A model generated the notes under the pieces. It did not search any database. It had not been told where the DNA came from and saw only the letters and a list, made by a program, of their open reading frames with translations. The position numbers were made by a program, and so were the translations under genes. From assembly GCA_000175855.1 (NCBI GenBank), contig ACYB01000042.1, forward strand, positions 240,001 to 272,000: a stretch of 32,000 bases of DNA, given 5' to 3'. The stretch is from Raphidiopsis brookii D9. GTDB taxonomy: Bacteria > Cyanobacteriota > Cyanobacteriia > Cyanobacteriales > Nostocaceae. Shown here piece by piece: positions 1 through 8,522 of this stretch; positions within the stretch are counted from its first letter, which is position 1, and each line of letters starts with the position of its first letter.

Positions 1-1
1 T

Positions 2-505
2 GTGCCTCAAGTCAATTATCCCAAATTTAACATGTTAGGGAGATACTATACCTTCACTCGAGAAAACGTTCAGTTTTTTGCTTTAGATACTAATGGCAAT
101 GCGGACTGGAAAAATCAACTAATTTGGTTGGATAAAGAACTCAACTCCAGCAAAGCTGTTTGGAAGATAGTATTTGGTCATCACCCAATTTATGCTTCTG
201 GTGTTTATGGGAGCAATGCCAATTTCATCAAAACCTTCACCCCCATATTTCAAAAGTATGGAGTTCAACTTTACATTAATGGTCACGAACATCATTATGA
301 GCGAACTAAACCCATTAATGGCACAACCTATCTGATTTGTGGTGCAGGTGCGGGAAGTCGTCCCGTTGGTCGCTCCCCATGGACAGAATACTCTACTAGG
401 GATTTGAGTTTTGCTGCTTATGATGTTTATGCAGATAGGATGGAAATTAACGCTATTGATACAAATAATCGTGTTTTTGATCGAGCAGTAATTCAAAGTA
501 ATTAA
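2..505 (+). CDS. Metallophosphoesterase (calcineurin-like / purple-acid-phosphatase type), C-terminal part; 5' end is outside the window
   Basis: Frame is open to the window edge. Motifs GHHPIYASG and NGHEHHYER are typical of the metallophosphoesterase fold. Stop TAA at 503-505. Confidence 0.75.
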   Translation: MPQVNYPKFNMLGRYYTFTRENVQFFALDTNGNADWKNQLIWLDKELNSSKAVWKIVFGHHPIYASGVYGSNANFIKTFTPIFQKYGVQLYINGHEHHYERTKPINGTTYLICGAGAGSRPVGRSPWTEYSTRDLSFAAYDVYADRMEINAIDTNNRVFDRAVIQSN

Positions 506-1365
506 GCAATTACTGATTGAAAAACAGTGCTGTTGTCCACCCTGTACATAAACTCCTTAGCCAGCGCTATCATGGTTTCATGGACATCACCATATTTTTG
601 TTTATAGGTTAACTGGTGGTCAAAATCCAATCCTTCAGCTATTTTCGATCTTTCTGGAATTTTGATCGTAAAAGTGGGAGGTAATAGAGGATTAACAGTA
701 ATAAAATTCAAATTATGTGTTTGAGAGCTAGTACCATTATAGCGGGAGATTATGGTACCCATAGGAGTGATGTGATGGTCATATTCTTTTTTAAATAGTC
801 TGAGTTTTTCCAGGAGTAATTCCAGACCATGAATTGACATGCGACTGGGTACACAGGGGATTAAACAAAAATCGCTAGCGTAGAAGGCACTTTTGATCAC
901 AGTGTTGATGCTAGGTGGACAATCAATGAGAACATAGTCATATTGTTCTTTTAAGGGTGTAAGAATGTTATGTAAAATAGCTACAGCATTAGCTGGTAAG
1001 TACTCTTGAACATCAAATAGTCTGGGACTACTAGGAATTAAATGCAGACAGTTAAAAGAGTTTTTATTTCTGACATTAGAAACCTGGTCTTGAACAATGA
1101 ACCTTGTACTATGGGGTTTTTCCAGGAAGTAATCGACATTTTTCAGTAAGAAAGGTAGAGTTAAACCCTTTTGGTCATATTCCCACTCCCATACATCTTC
1201 CGACATCATAGCACTAGTGAGATTAGTTTGGGGATCCAAGTCAATCAGAAGCACCCGTTTGTCATATATGGTGTCACCTGCTAAATATTCTGCTAAGGTC
1301 ATTACTAGAGTGGTTTTACCCACTCCACCTTTGAGGTTACAGATACTAATTACTTTGGCAGTCAT
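502..1365 (-). CDS. ParA/MinD-family (SIMIBI) P-loop ATPase, orphan (no ParB-like partner visible)
   Basis: Deviant Walker A with signature lysine (NLKGGVGKTT), A' box LLIDLDPQ, Walker B YVLIDCPPS. 287 aa. Confidence 0.85.
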   Translation of the reverse strand: MTAKVISICNLKGGVGKTTLVMTLAEYLAGDTIYDKRVLLIDLDPQTNLTSAMMSEDVWEWEYDQKGLTLPFLLKNVDYFLEKPHSTRFIVQDQVSNVRNKNSFNCLHLIPSSPRLFDVQEYLPANAVAILHNILTPLKEQYDYVLIDCPPSINTVIKSAFYASDFCLIPCVPSRMSIHGLELLLEKLRLFKKEYDHHITPMGTIISRYNGTSSQTHNLNFITVNPLLPPTFTIKIPERSKIAEGLDFDHQLTYKQKYGDVHETMIALAKEFMYRVDNSTVFQSVIA

Positions 1366-1392
1366 AGTTTTTGGTAGATGGCTAGGTAGTCA

Positions 1393-1398
1393 ATTATA
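1393..1398 (-). promoter_or_regulatory. Candidate -10 hexamer (TATAAT on minus strand) for the ParA-like gene
   Basis: Plus-strand ATTATA at 1393-1398 reads as a perfect TATAAT on the minus strand, about 28 nt upstream of the ParA-like ATG (1365). No good -35 was seen. Confidence 0.3.
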
Positions 1399-1412
1399 GC
1401 GTTTCCTTACTT

Positions 1413-2252
1413 ATGGATAATCAGGAAAATAGTTGGCATGGAAAACTCGAGTTAGTCTATGCTCAACGCCAAAACTCCACCCAATTAATGTTCAGTCACA
1501 ATCAAGCACCCTTAAAAGTACAACGCCCTTTTTATCCAGAAGGTGAAAAAATATGTCACAGTGTGATTCTGCATACCGCTGGAGGTGTGGTAGCAGGCGA
1601 TCGCCTGAGTTCAAATATTCACTTACAATCGGAGACGGACGTACTAATAACCACAGCAGCTGCCAGTAAAATTTATCGGAGCAATGGATTGTATGCGAAA
1701 CAAACAGTAAGCATCAAAATAGATAGAGGATCATGTTTAGAATACCTACCTCAAGAGACAATAGTATTTAATGGTGGGAGATATAGACAAGACGTGCGGA
1801 TAGAATTAGGAGAAGGGAGTAGTTTTATAGGGTGGGAAATCAGTAGATTGGGGAGAACAGCAAGAGGGGAAAAATTCCTGGAAGGGGAAATGCTATCCCA
1901 CACAGAAATATGGCAAGGGGAAGTACCACTATGGATAGACAGACAACATATACCTGGTGGTGTAGAAGCATTTTACAACCCTCATAGTTTAAAAGGGAAC
2001 CCGGTAATTGGCAGTTTTGTCTGTGTTGGTTTACCCATATCTGAGGAAAGGATAGAAAAGTCCCGTTCTGGGATTGCTAATGGGTGGGATGCTGGTGTGA
2101 CCAGGTTAGAACAGGGAATATTGTGTAGATATCGTGGTAATTCCACATCCTGGGCAAAGAAATGGTTTACAAATGTTTGGCAGGATTTGCGACAATCTTT
2201 GTTAAACCGTGGTAATTGTATTCCTAGAGTCTGGCAAATTACCAGGAACTAA
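1413..2252 (+). CDS. ureD: Urease accessory protein UreD (UreH)
   Basis: 279 aa. The N-terminal pattern GKLELVY...[12 protein letters not shown]...[17 protein letters not shown] is typical of UreD. It lies immediately upstream of ureABC. Confidence 0.85.
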   Translation: MDNQENSWHGKLELVYAQRQNSTQLMFSHNQAPLKVQRPFYPEGEKICHSVILHTAGGVVAGDRLSSNIHLQSETDVLITTAAASKIYRSNGLYAKQTVSIKIDRGSCLEYLPQETIVFNGGRYRQDVRIELGEGSSFIGWEISRLGRTARGEKFLEGEMLSHTEIWQGEVPLWIDRQHIPGGVEAFYNPHSLKGNPVIGSFVCVGLPISEERIEKSRSGIANGWDAGVTRLEQGILCRYRGNSTSWAKKWFTNVWQDLRQSLLNRGNCIPRVWQITRN

Positions 2253-2265
2253 CCAGGAGGTAAAA

Positions 2266-2568
2266 ATGCAACTAACACCCCAGGAAAAAGACAAGTTATT
2301 AATATTCACAGCTGCTTTAGTAGCTGAAAGAAGAAAAAATCGAGGATTGAAGTTAAATTATCCCGAGTCCATAGCCCTAATTTCCGCTTCCATTCTTGAA
2401 GGAGCAAGGGATGGACAAACAGTAGCACAACTAATGAGTTATGGAACAACTCTACTAACCCAAGAGGACGTAATGGAGGGTGTAGCAGAAATGATTCATG
2501 AAGTGCAAGTGGAAGCTACATTTCCCGATGGCACAAAATTAGTAACCGTTCACAATCCCATTCGATAG
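2266..2568 (+). CDS. ureA: Urease subunit gamma
   Basis: [14 protein letters not shown]...[14 protein letters not shown] is a canonical UreA N-terminus. The internal ATG at 2266, preceded by AGGAGG, is preferred over the track start at 2209. 100 aa. Confidence 0.95.
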   Translation: MQLTPQEKDKLLIFTAALVAERRKNRGLKLNYPESIALISASILEGARDGQTVAQLMSYGTTLLTQEDVMEGVAEMIHEVQVEATFPDGTKLVTVHNPIR

Positions 2569-2578
2569 AGGAACCAGC

Positions 2579-2884
2579 ATGATTCCAGGAGAAATCATTA
2601 CCTTACCAGGTGACATAGAACTAAACGCCAGTCGCAGCACCATCAACCTTATAGTGGCCAATACAGGAGATAGACCCATCCAAATTGGTTCACACTTTCA
2701 CTTTTATGAAGTTAATAGCTCCCTGAAATTTGACAGGGAAAAAGCACGGGGAATGAGACTAGATATCCCAGCAGGAACAGCAGTCAGATTTGAACCTGGA
2801 GATGAGAAAGAAATTACCCTAGTTCCTTTAGTAGGGAGGAGAGAAATCTATGGGTTCAACGGTAAAATTAACGGTAAGTTATAA
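2579..2884 (+). CDS. ureB: Urease subunit beta
   Basis: MIPGEI...[17 protein letters not shown] is a canonical UreB motif. 101 aa. Confidence 0.95.
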   Translation: MIPGEIITLPGDIELNASRSTINLIVANTGDRPIQIGSHFHFYEVNSSLKFDREKARGMRLDIPAGTAVRFEPGDEKEITLVPLVGRREIYGFNGKINGKL

Positions 2885-2949
2885 GAACAAGCGCATAAAT
2901 AAAACAAAGAAAGTAACTAAGTCAGTCAAAAGAATAAATAGGAGAAATA

Positions 2950-4659
2950 ATGCCTTACAAAATGAATCGCCGGGCTTATGCTGAAACATACGGGCCCACA
3001 GTAGGAGACAAAATTAGATTGGCAGACACTGAGTTATTTATAGAAGTAGAGAGGGACTTCACCACCTATGGAGATGAGGTCAAATTTGGTGGAGGAAAAG
3101 TGATTCGGGATGGTATGGGACAATCCCCAATTGCCAATAGGGATGGTGCTGTAGATTTAGTTATTACTAACGCCCTAATTTTGGATTGGTGGGGTGTGGT
3201 TAAAGCAGACGTTGGTATTAAAGATGGGAAAATTCATAAGATTGGTAAAGCTGGAAATCCCTACATTCAAGACAACATAGACATCATTATTGGACCTGGA
3301 ACTGAAGCTCTAGCTGGGGAAGGTATGATTCTCACTGCTGGTGGAATAGACACCCACATACATTTTATTTGTCCGCAACAGATTGAGGTAGCTATTGCTT
3401 CTGGGATTACCACCATGATTGGTGGAGGAACGGGACCTGCTACGGGTACAAATGCCACAACTTGTACCCCGGGACCATGGAATATTTATCGAATGCTACA
3501 AGCAGCAGATGCTTTCCCTGTCAATTTAGGATTTTCTGGTAAGGGTAATACTAGTCAACCTCAAGGACTAATAGAACAAATAGAAGCTGGAGTAATAGGC
3601 TTAAAACTCCATGAGGACTGGGGCACTACACCAGCAACAATTGACACCTGTTTAACCATTGCTGATGAATATGATATTCAGGTAGCTATTCACACTGATA
3701 CCTTAAACGAAGCTGGTTTTGTTGAGGATACCATTGCAGCATTTAAACATCGCGCCATTCATACCTACCACACAGAGGGAGCAGGGGGAGGTCACGCACC
3801 TGATATTATTAAAGTGTGTGGACAAGCCAATGTGTTACCATCATCCACCAATCCCACTCGTCCTTATACTCTCAATACACTAGATGAACATCTGGATATG
3901 CTAATGGTGTGTCATCATCTAGACCCTAGCATTTCTGAGGATGTGGCATTTGCCGAATCTCGTATTAGAAGAGAGACCATTGCAGCTGAAGATATCCTTC
4001 ACGATTTAGGTGGATTTAGTATGATTTCTTCCGATTCTCAAGCTATGGGAAGGGTAGGAGAAGTAATCATTAGAACCTGGCAAACTGCTCATAAAATGAA
4101 AGTACAGCGGGGTGAACTCTCCACCCCGGGAAAAGGAGCAGATAATTTTCGCGCCCAAAGATATATAGCAAAATACACTATTAATCCTGCTATTACTCAT
4201 GGGATTGCTGATTATGTTGGTTCAGTGGAAGAGGGCAAAATGGCGGATCTATGTTTATGGAACCCAGCCTTTTTCGGTGTGAAACCAGAAATAGTAATTA
4301 AGGGGGGAATGATTGCCTGGGCCCAAATGGGTGATGCTAATGCCAGTATTCCCACACCTCAACCTGTTCACAGCCGCCCTATGTTTGGTAATTTTGCTGG
4401 TGCTCGTCACACAACATCACTAACCTTCATGTCTCAGATAGGTTTATTCAAAGAGATTCCCCAAATGTTAGGACTGAAGAAATCAGTAGTTGCTGTTGGC
4501 AAAACTAGAACAATTACCAAACAGGATATGAAACTGAATGATTGGTTACCGCGCATTGAAGTTGATCCAGAAACCTACGAAGTAAGAGCAAATGGAGAAT
4601 TATTAACTTGTGAACCAGCTACAATTTTACCAATGGCACAAAGATATTTTTTGTTTTAA
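2950..4659 (+). CDS. ureC: Urease subunit alpha
   Basis: 569 aa. Contains [43 protein letters not shown] and other canonical UreC nickel-site segments. Confidence 0.97.
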   Translation: MPYKMNRRAYAETYGPTVGDKIRLADTELFIEVERDFTTYGDEVKFGGGKVIRDGMGQSPIANRDGAVDLVITNALILDWWGVVKADVGIKDGKIHKIGKAGNPYIQDNIDIIIGPGTEALAGEGMILTAGGIDTHIHFICPQQIEVAIASGITTMIGGGTGPATGTNATTCTPGPWNIYRMLQAADAFPVNLGFSGKGNTSQPQGLIEQIEAGVIGLKLHEDWGTTPATIDTCLTIADEYDIQVAIHTDTLNEAGFVEDTIAAFKHRAIHTYHTEGAGGGHAPDIIKVCGQANVLPSSTNPTRPYTLNTLDEHLDMLMVCHHLDPSISEDVAFAESRIRRETIAAEDILHDLGGFSMISSDSQAMGRVGEVIIRTWQTAHKMKVQRGELSTPGKGADNFRAQRYIAKYTINPAITHGIADYVGSVEEGKMADLCLWNPAFFGVKPEIVIKGGMIAWAQMGDANASIPTPQPVHSRPMFGNFAGARHTTSLTFMSQIGLFKEIPQMLGLKKSVVAVGKTRTITKQDMKLNDWLPRIEVDPETYEVRANGELLTCEPATILPMAQRYFLF

Positions 4660-4691
4660 ATTGAGAAGCTGTTAACCTAGAGGAAGATTAC

Positions 4692-6087
4692 ATGATTTCC
4701 ATTGCTAGTATAGACCCAAATACCATAACCACCTATCTCCAAACACAAAGAGAATTCTTTGCCACAGGTAAAACTAAAGATGTTAATTTTCGCCTGGCAC
4801 AACTGCAAAAATTGAGAACCCTGGTGACTGATAATAAAGAGTCTATTATCGCAGCTCTAAAGGGTGATTTAAATAAACCGGAATTTGAAAGTTATGCCAT
4901 GGAAATCGGAGCTATTAAAGAAATAGATTATGCCATCAAGCACATAAAAAAATGGACTAAACCGAAAAAGACCGGAGTTCCCCTGGAATTCTTTAACTAT
5001 TCGGCTAAAATATTGCCTGAACCCTTAGGAATGGTTTTAATCATTTCTCCCTGGAATTATCCATTGCAGTTGGTTATTTCCCCCTTGGTGGGATCTATCG
5101 CTGCAGGTAATTGCACCATTATTAAACCTTCCGAACTAGCACCCCATACAGCCACATTGCTAACCCAACTGATCAGTGAATATTTTCCCCCAGAATATAT
5201 TAGGGTGGTAGAAGGTGGGGTGGAAACTAGCAAGCAGTTACTAGAACAAAAATTTGATCACATTTTCTTTACAGGTGGTACTGCTATTGGTAAGATAGTT
5301 ATGACAGCAGCAGCTAAACATCTCACACCAGTCACCCTAGAATTAGGTGGCAAAAGTCCTTGTATTGTTGACAAAGAAATTAATCTAGATCACACCAGCA
5401 AACGTATTATTTGGGGCAAGTTTATTAATGCTGGTCAAACTTGTATTGCACCCGACTATTTGTTGGTAAACAAAAAAATTAAAATCAGCTTTAATCAATT
5501 CTCTCCAGCAAATTCTTCAAGAATTCTATGGAGATAACCCAGAACTGAGTCCAGATTTTGCCCGAATTATCAATAAACATCATTTCCATAGACTAACCGA
5601 ACTACTTAAAGGTGGTAGAGTCATTGTGGGAGGGGAAATCAACCCAGAACAGTTATATATAGCACCAACACTAATAGATAATATTTCCCTAACTGATAAA
5701 ATTATGGAAGAGGAAATATTTGGACCCATTTTACCCATAATTGAATATACAGATATTCAAGAAGCAATAGAAATCATTAACTCCCAACCTAAACCCTTGG
5801 CCCTGTATCTGTTCTCTGAAAATAAAAAGCTGCAAGAACAGGTTTTGACTAACACTTCATCAGGTACGGTATGTATCAATGACACGATTATTCAAGTAGC
5901 AGTTTCTTCCTTACCATTTGGTGGGGTTGGTGATAGTGGTATGGGTAGCTATCACGGCAAAGTAGGATTTGACACTTTCTCTCACCATAAAAGTGTTCTG
6001 TATAATGGTTTCCGATTGGATCTAAACTGGCGTTATGCACCATATTTAGGTAAGATGTCCACCTTGAAAAAGATTATTGGAGCCTAG
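4692..6087 (+). pseudogene. Aldehyde dehydrogenase (class-3-like, NAD(P)+), reading frame broken once in an A-run around 5472-5484
   Basis: The N-terminal part (4692-5537) has ELGGKSP and the catalytic GQTCIAPDY. The C-terminal part (5626-6087) has EEIFGPILP. Translating the downstream frame back to about 5484 gives the contiguous text KSALINSLQQILQEFYGDNPELSPDFARIINKHHFHRL. Confidence 0.85.
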
Positions 6088-6101
6088 GTTTTTACAGTCC
6101 C

Positions 6102-6131
6102 CTCCAGAAAAAGCCAGTGCTTTTCCTGGAG
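6102..6131. terminator. Hairpin between the convergent ALDH and rpmF genes (possible bidirectional terminator)
   Basis: CTCCAGAAAAAG-CCAGTG-CTTTTCCTGGAG: 12-nt arms with one mismatch, lying between the two stop codons (6087 and 6138). Confidence 0.45.
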
Positions 6132-6137
6132 ATGTAT

Positions 6138-6308
6138 CTAGTTGGATTCTTCGTCTTCGTTGGTGGGATAAACAAAAGTAGAACGTCCAGACAAAATTGA
6201 TTTACCCAGAGAAAGAGCTTTTTTAGCCTCAACAGCAGCTTTATGTCTCCAAGTAGCTCGACGCTTGTCTCGTTTTGATTTAGAGGTTTTCTTCTTAGGA
6301 ACGGCCAT
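6138..6308 (-). CDS. rpmF: 50S ribosomal protein L32
   Basis: Manual minus-strand translation gives [56 protein letters not shown] (56 aa), with the canonical L32 N-terminus [15 protein letters not shown]. It is missed by the 60-aa ORF track. The 73-aa track ORF at 6092-6313 is a different frame of the same DNA. Confidence 0.9.
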   Translation of the reverse strand: MAVPKKKTSKSKRDKRRATWRHKAAVEAKKALSLGKSILSGRSTFVYPTNEDEESN

Positions 6309-6518
6309 AACAACCAATATGGTGATTTTTGAGAACCTCCCTATTTTAGTCCATCAACTGAGAATTTATCATCAATTTTTCAATCTGTGTTGGATTTATC
6401 TGCCAAATTGGCTAATAAATAAGCAAGGTATGGTCTATAATGGCTAGCAATTGTAACTTGTTTATACCACACTTCATGATATTCTCTTTCAAGCACCTAA
6501 AAACCGACCAAGGGTGGG

Positions 6519-7959
6519 ATGGCAAATTACTGGGCAATTACTATTGGCATCAATCAGTATGAGTTATTTCAACCTTTAGGTTGGGCTCAAAACGATGCAG
6601 AAGCATTAAACGATTTATTAGTGACCGAATTGGGGTTCTCAGAGGAGAATTGTCTGTTAATGACAAATTCTTCTCGACCAAGAGGAAAAAGGTCTTCTCA
6701 CCCCAACCGAGAAAATATATTATATTTCTTGCACGAACTGGAGGCAAAATTTTGGCAACCGGGAGATTATCTCTGGTTTTTCTTGAGTGGTTATGGTGTT
6801 AATTATAACAACAAAGACTATTTATTGCCCCAGGATGCCAATCCAGACAGGATCTGGGAAACTGCTATACCAGTTGGGGAAATCATGCAAGGTTTCCAAA
6901 CTGCTGGGCTAAATGTCTTACTGATATTTGATATTAATCGTGCTTTTGGAACACAAGCAGATGCTCCTGTAGGTCAGGAAATGCTCGATCTGGCCCAGGA
7001 ATTAAATATGGCCATTATGATGTCTTGCAGTCCAGAACAATTCTCCCATGAAAGCAGTGAATTAGGCCATGGTTTTTTTACTGCAGCATTATTAGAAGCT
7101 TTATTTTCTGCCCAATGTCGTAGTTTAAAAGATTTAGACTCTTATTTAAGTTATCTCACTCCACAACTATGTCAACATCATTGGCGACCTATTCAAAACC
7201 CTGTAATTGTTATCCCTGAGAGTTTCAATTCCATGTTCCCAGCTTCATATCTAGAAGAAGCGTATAAGCAAGATTCCCCTGAACAGTTAATTTTTCCCCA
7301 GGAAAGTTTCGCCCAGATTTTACCCTTAGCTCAGGAGATCCACTCCCAAAAGTCTCCTGATTTGAATGTCTCCTTACCGGAAAATCAAATAATAGCAGAA
7401 AATAAAAATCAATCTGGGGGTCACGGGGGTAGTAGACTTATCCCTATTCCTCCCTTTGCTAGGGATTATGCTCAACCTTCCACTCCACAATCAGCTCCCC
7501 TTTGGCAACAATTTATTTGGTGGGGGGTAGTACTATTGTTGGGGTGATTGTGATGGCAACAATAATTCTACAAAATCATGCCAGTTTCCGACTGCATAAA
7601 TTGTCCACGTCCCATGATACCAGCAGCACATCAGAATTTTCCCAAAATTTAACTTCTCCTCTCTTGGATAGGGCCAAATCCTTCATTCGACCAGACCAAG
7701 CATCTAGTTATGGTGATGCCATTAAAATGGCTAAAAAATACACCCGGGACAACCGGAGTTTGATCTGGCCCAAGCTGCTATTAATGACTGGAGCGACCAA
7801 ATTTTACAACTTGCTAAAAACTATGCTGATCAGGGAGAACTTAGCCAAGCTATAGAAACTGCTAGTTTAGTACCCCCCCAAACTTCCGCTTTTGAGGATG
7901 CTCAAGATGCCATTCAAAAATGGCGTAGACAAAAGGATCGGGGGGATGGGAATTCCTAA
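6519..7959 (+). pseudogene. Caspase-fold (peptidase C14 / orthocaspase-like) protein lacking the His-Cys dyad, with a TM helix and C-terminal helical domain; split into three frames as sequenced
   Basis: The N-terminus YWAITIGINQY...L..AQNDAEAL matches the caspase p20 pattern. SGYG (Tyr, 6792-6794) replaces SGHG and FDINR (Asn, 6936-6938) replaces DSCH. Frame changes fall at the G-runs 7522-7544 and the A6 run 7733-7738. Reconstruction gives a TM helix FIWWGVVLLLGVIVMATIIL and a tail ...PEFDLAQAAINDWSDQILQLAKNYADQGELSQAIETASLVPPQTSAFEDAQDAIQKWRRQK, with stop at 7957-7959. Confidence 0.7.
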
Positions 7960-8321
7960 GCTTCACCACATTCGTCTGCTAAATAACATAGCGCCCGAAA
8001 TCTTAGATAGGCCAGCTGGTCATAAAAGGGATTGAGCTTACACAAGGGGGGGATGTGAAACAGGACTTTTCCCAGTAGTTTTACATCCCGCTCAAAAGGA
8101 CACTGGGCGGGAATTAGTTTACACAGCATGTGGGCAAAGTCCCGATCCTGCACTTTGATATTATCTAACCAGTTACGTACAGGCCGCAGCACATCCCATC
8201 CAGACTGGGAATGCTGTTCCTCCTTGACCACACTACCGGAATGGTGATTTGCTTCCATTTGGTGTGGCGATACCCAACTGGTCAAAAAAATCCTTTTGGT
8301 TGTATTCTCAAATACTTTCAT
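7956..8321 (-). CDS. Mo-dependent nitrogenase C-terminal domain family protein (small conserved cyanobacterial protein)
   Basis: 121 aa. The segment LCKLIPAQCPFERDVKLLGKVLFHIPPLCKLNPFYDQLAYLRFRALCYLADECGE matches my recollection of the Mo-nitro_C family signature. Confidence 0.65.
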   Translation of the reverse strand: MKVFENTTKRIFLTSWVSPHQMEANHHSGSVVKEEQHSQSGWDVLRPVRNWLDNIKVQDRDFAHMLCKLIPAQCPFERDVKLLGKVLFHIPPLCKLNPFYDQLAYLRFRALCYLADECGEA

Positions 8322-8522
8322 GTTTACTCCTCTTTTATTATGAGGGTTGTTTGTGACTGATGAATATACAAGTCGACAATTACTTCTACCGGAATAATAA
8401 CTTGCTACCTCCCCAATTTTAGTTCACACCTGAACCTTTACATGGGTTTTATGACTAATGTCATAAATCTTAACATATCTGGGGAAAGGTGGCAATTTGT
8501 TGATTTCCACCCCTCTCAGTTC

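Noticed and set aside
119-496. 125-aa antisense ORF inside the phosphoesterase gene. Similar antisense ORFs lie at 3267-3458, 4006-4200, 8618-8809, 9220-9444, 12799-13113, 13685-13897, 18732-18983, 19582-19980, 23432-23650 and 27501-27953.
   Set aside because: All lie opposite strongly supported conserved genes, have odd composition (Cys/Ile/Asn-rich or low complexity) and carry no recognisable motifs. They are typical shadow ORFs.
502-1365. ParA-like ATPase as the carboxysome-positioning McdA
   Set aside because: No small McdB-like gene follows it, because the downstream DNA is occupied by a convergent gene. No carboxysome genes are nearby. The Walker A motif alone cannot discriminate.
1388-1401. 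NtcA-like site GTAGTCAATTATAG (GTA-N8-TAG) upstream of ureD
   Set aside because: There is one mismatch to GTA-N8-TAC. It lies only about 12 nt from the ureD ATG, leaving no room for a -10 box and TSS. The same bases are better explained as a minus-strand TATAAT.
2209-2265. 19-codon N-terminal extension of ureA overlapping the ureD 3' end
   Set aside because: UreA proteins start MxLTPxEKDKL. The ATG at 2266 has an AGGAGG Shine-Dalgarno just upstream, so the extension is an artefact of taking the longest ORF.
6092-6313. 73-aa minus-strand ORF listed in the track
   Set aside because: Low-complexity, unrecognisable sequence. A different frame of the same strand encodes a textbook ribosomal protein L32 (6138-6308), so this ORF is a frame shadow.
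6436-6441. TATAAT hexamer about 80 nt upstream of the caspase-like gene as its promoter
   Set aside because: No acceptable -35 or TG extension at proper spacing; the nearest match, TTGGCT, is 22 nt away. It is too weak to report as a feature.
7502-7855. 117-aa ORF as an independent gene
   Set aside because: It is the middle fragment of the frameshifted caspase-fold gene. Its apparent start is inside the TM helix of the upstream fragment, and its end becomes nonsense after the A6 run.
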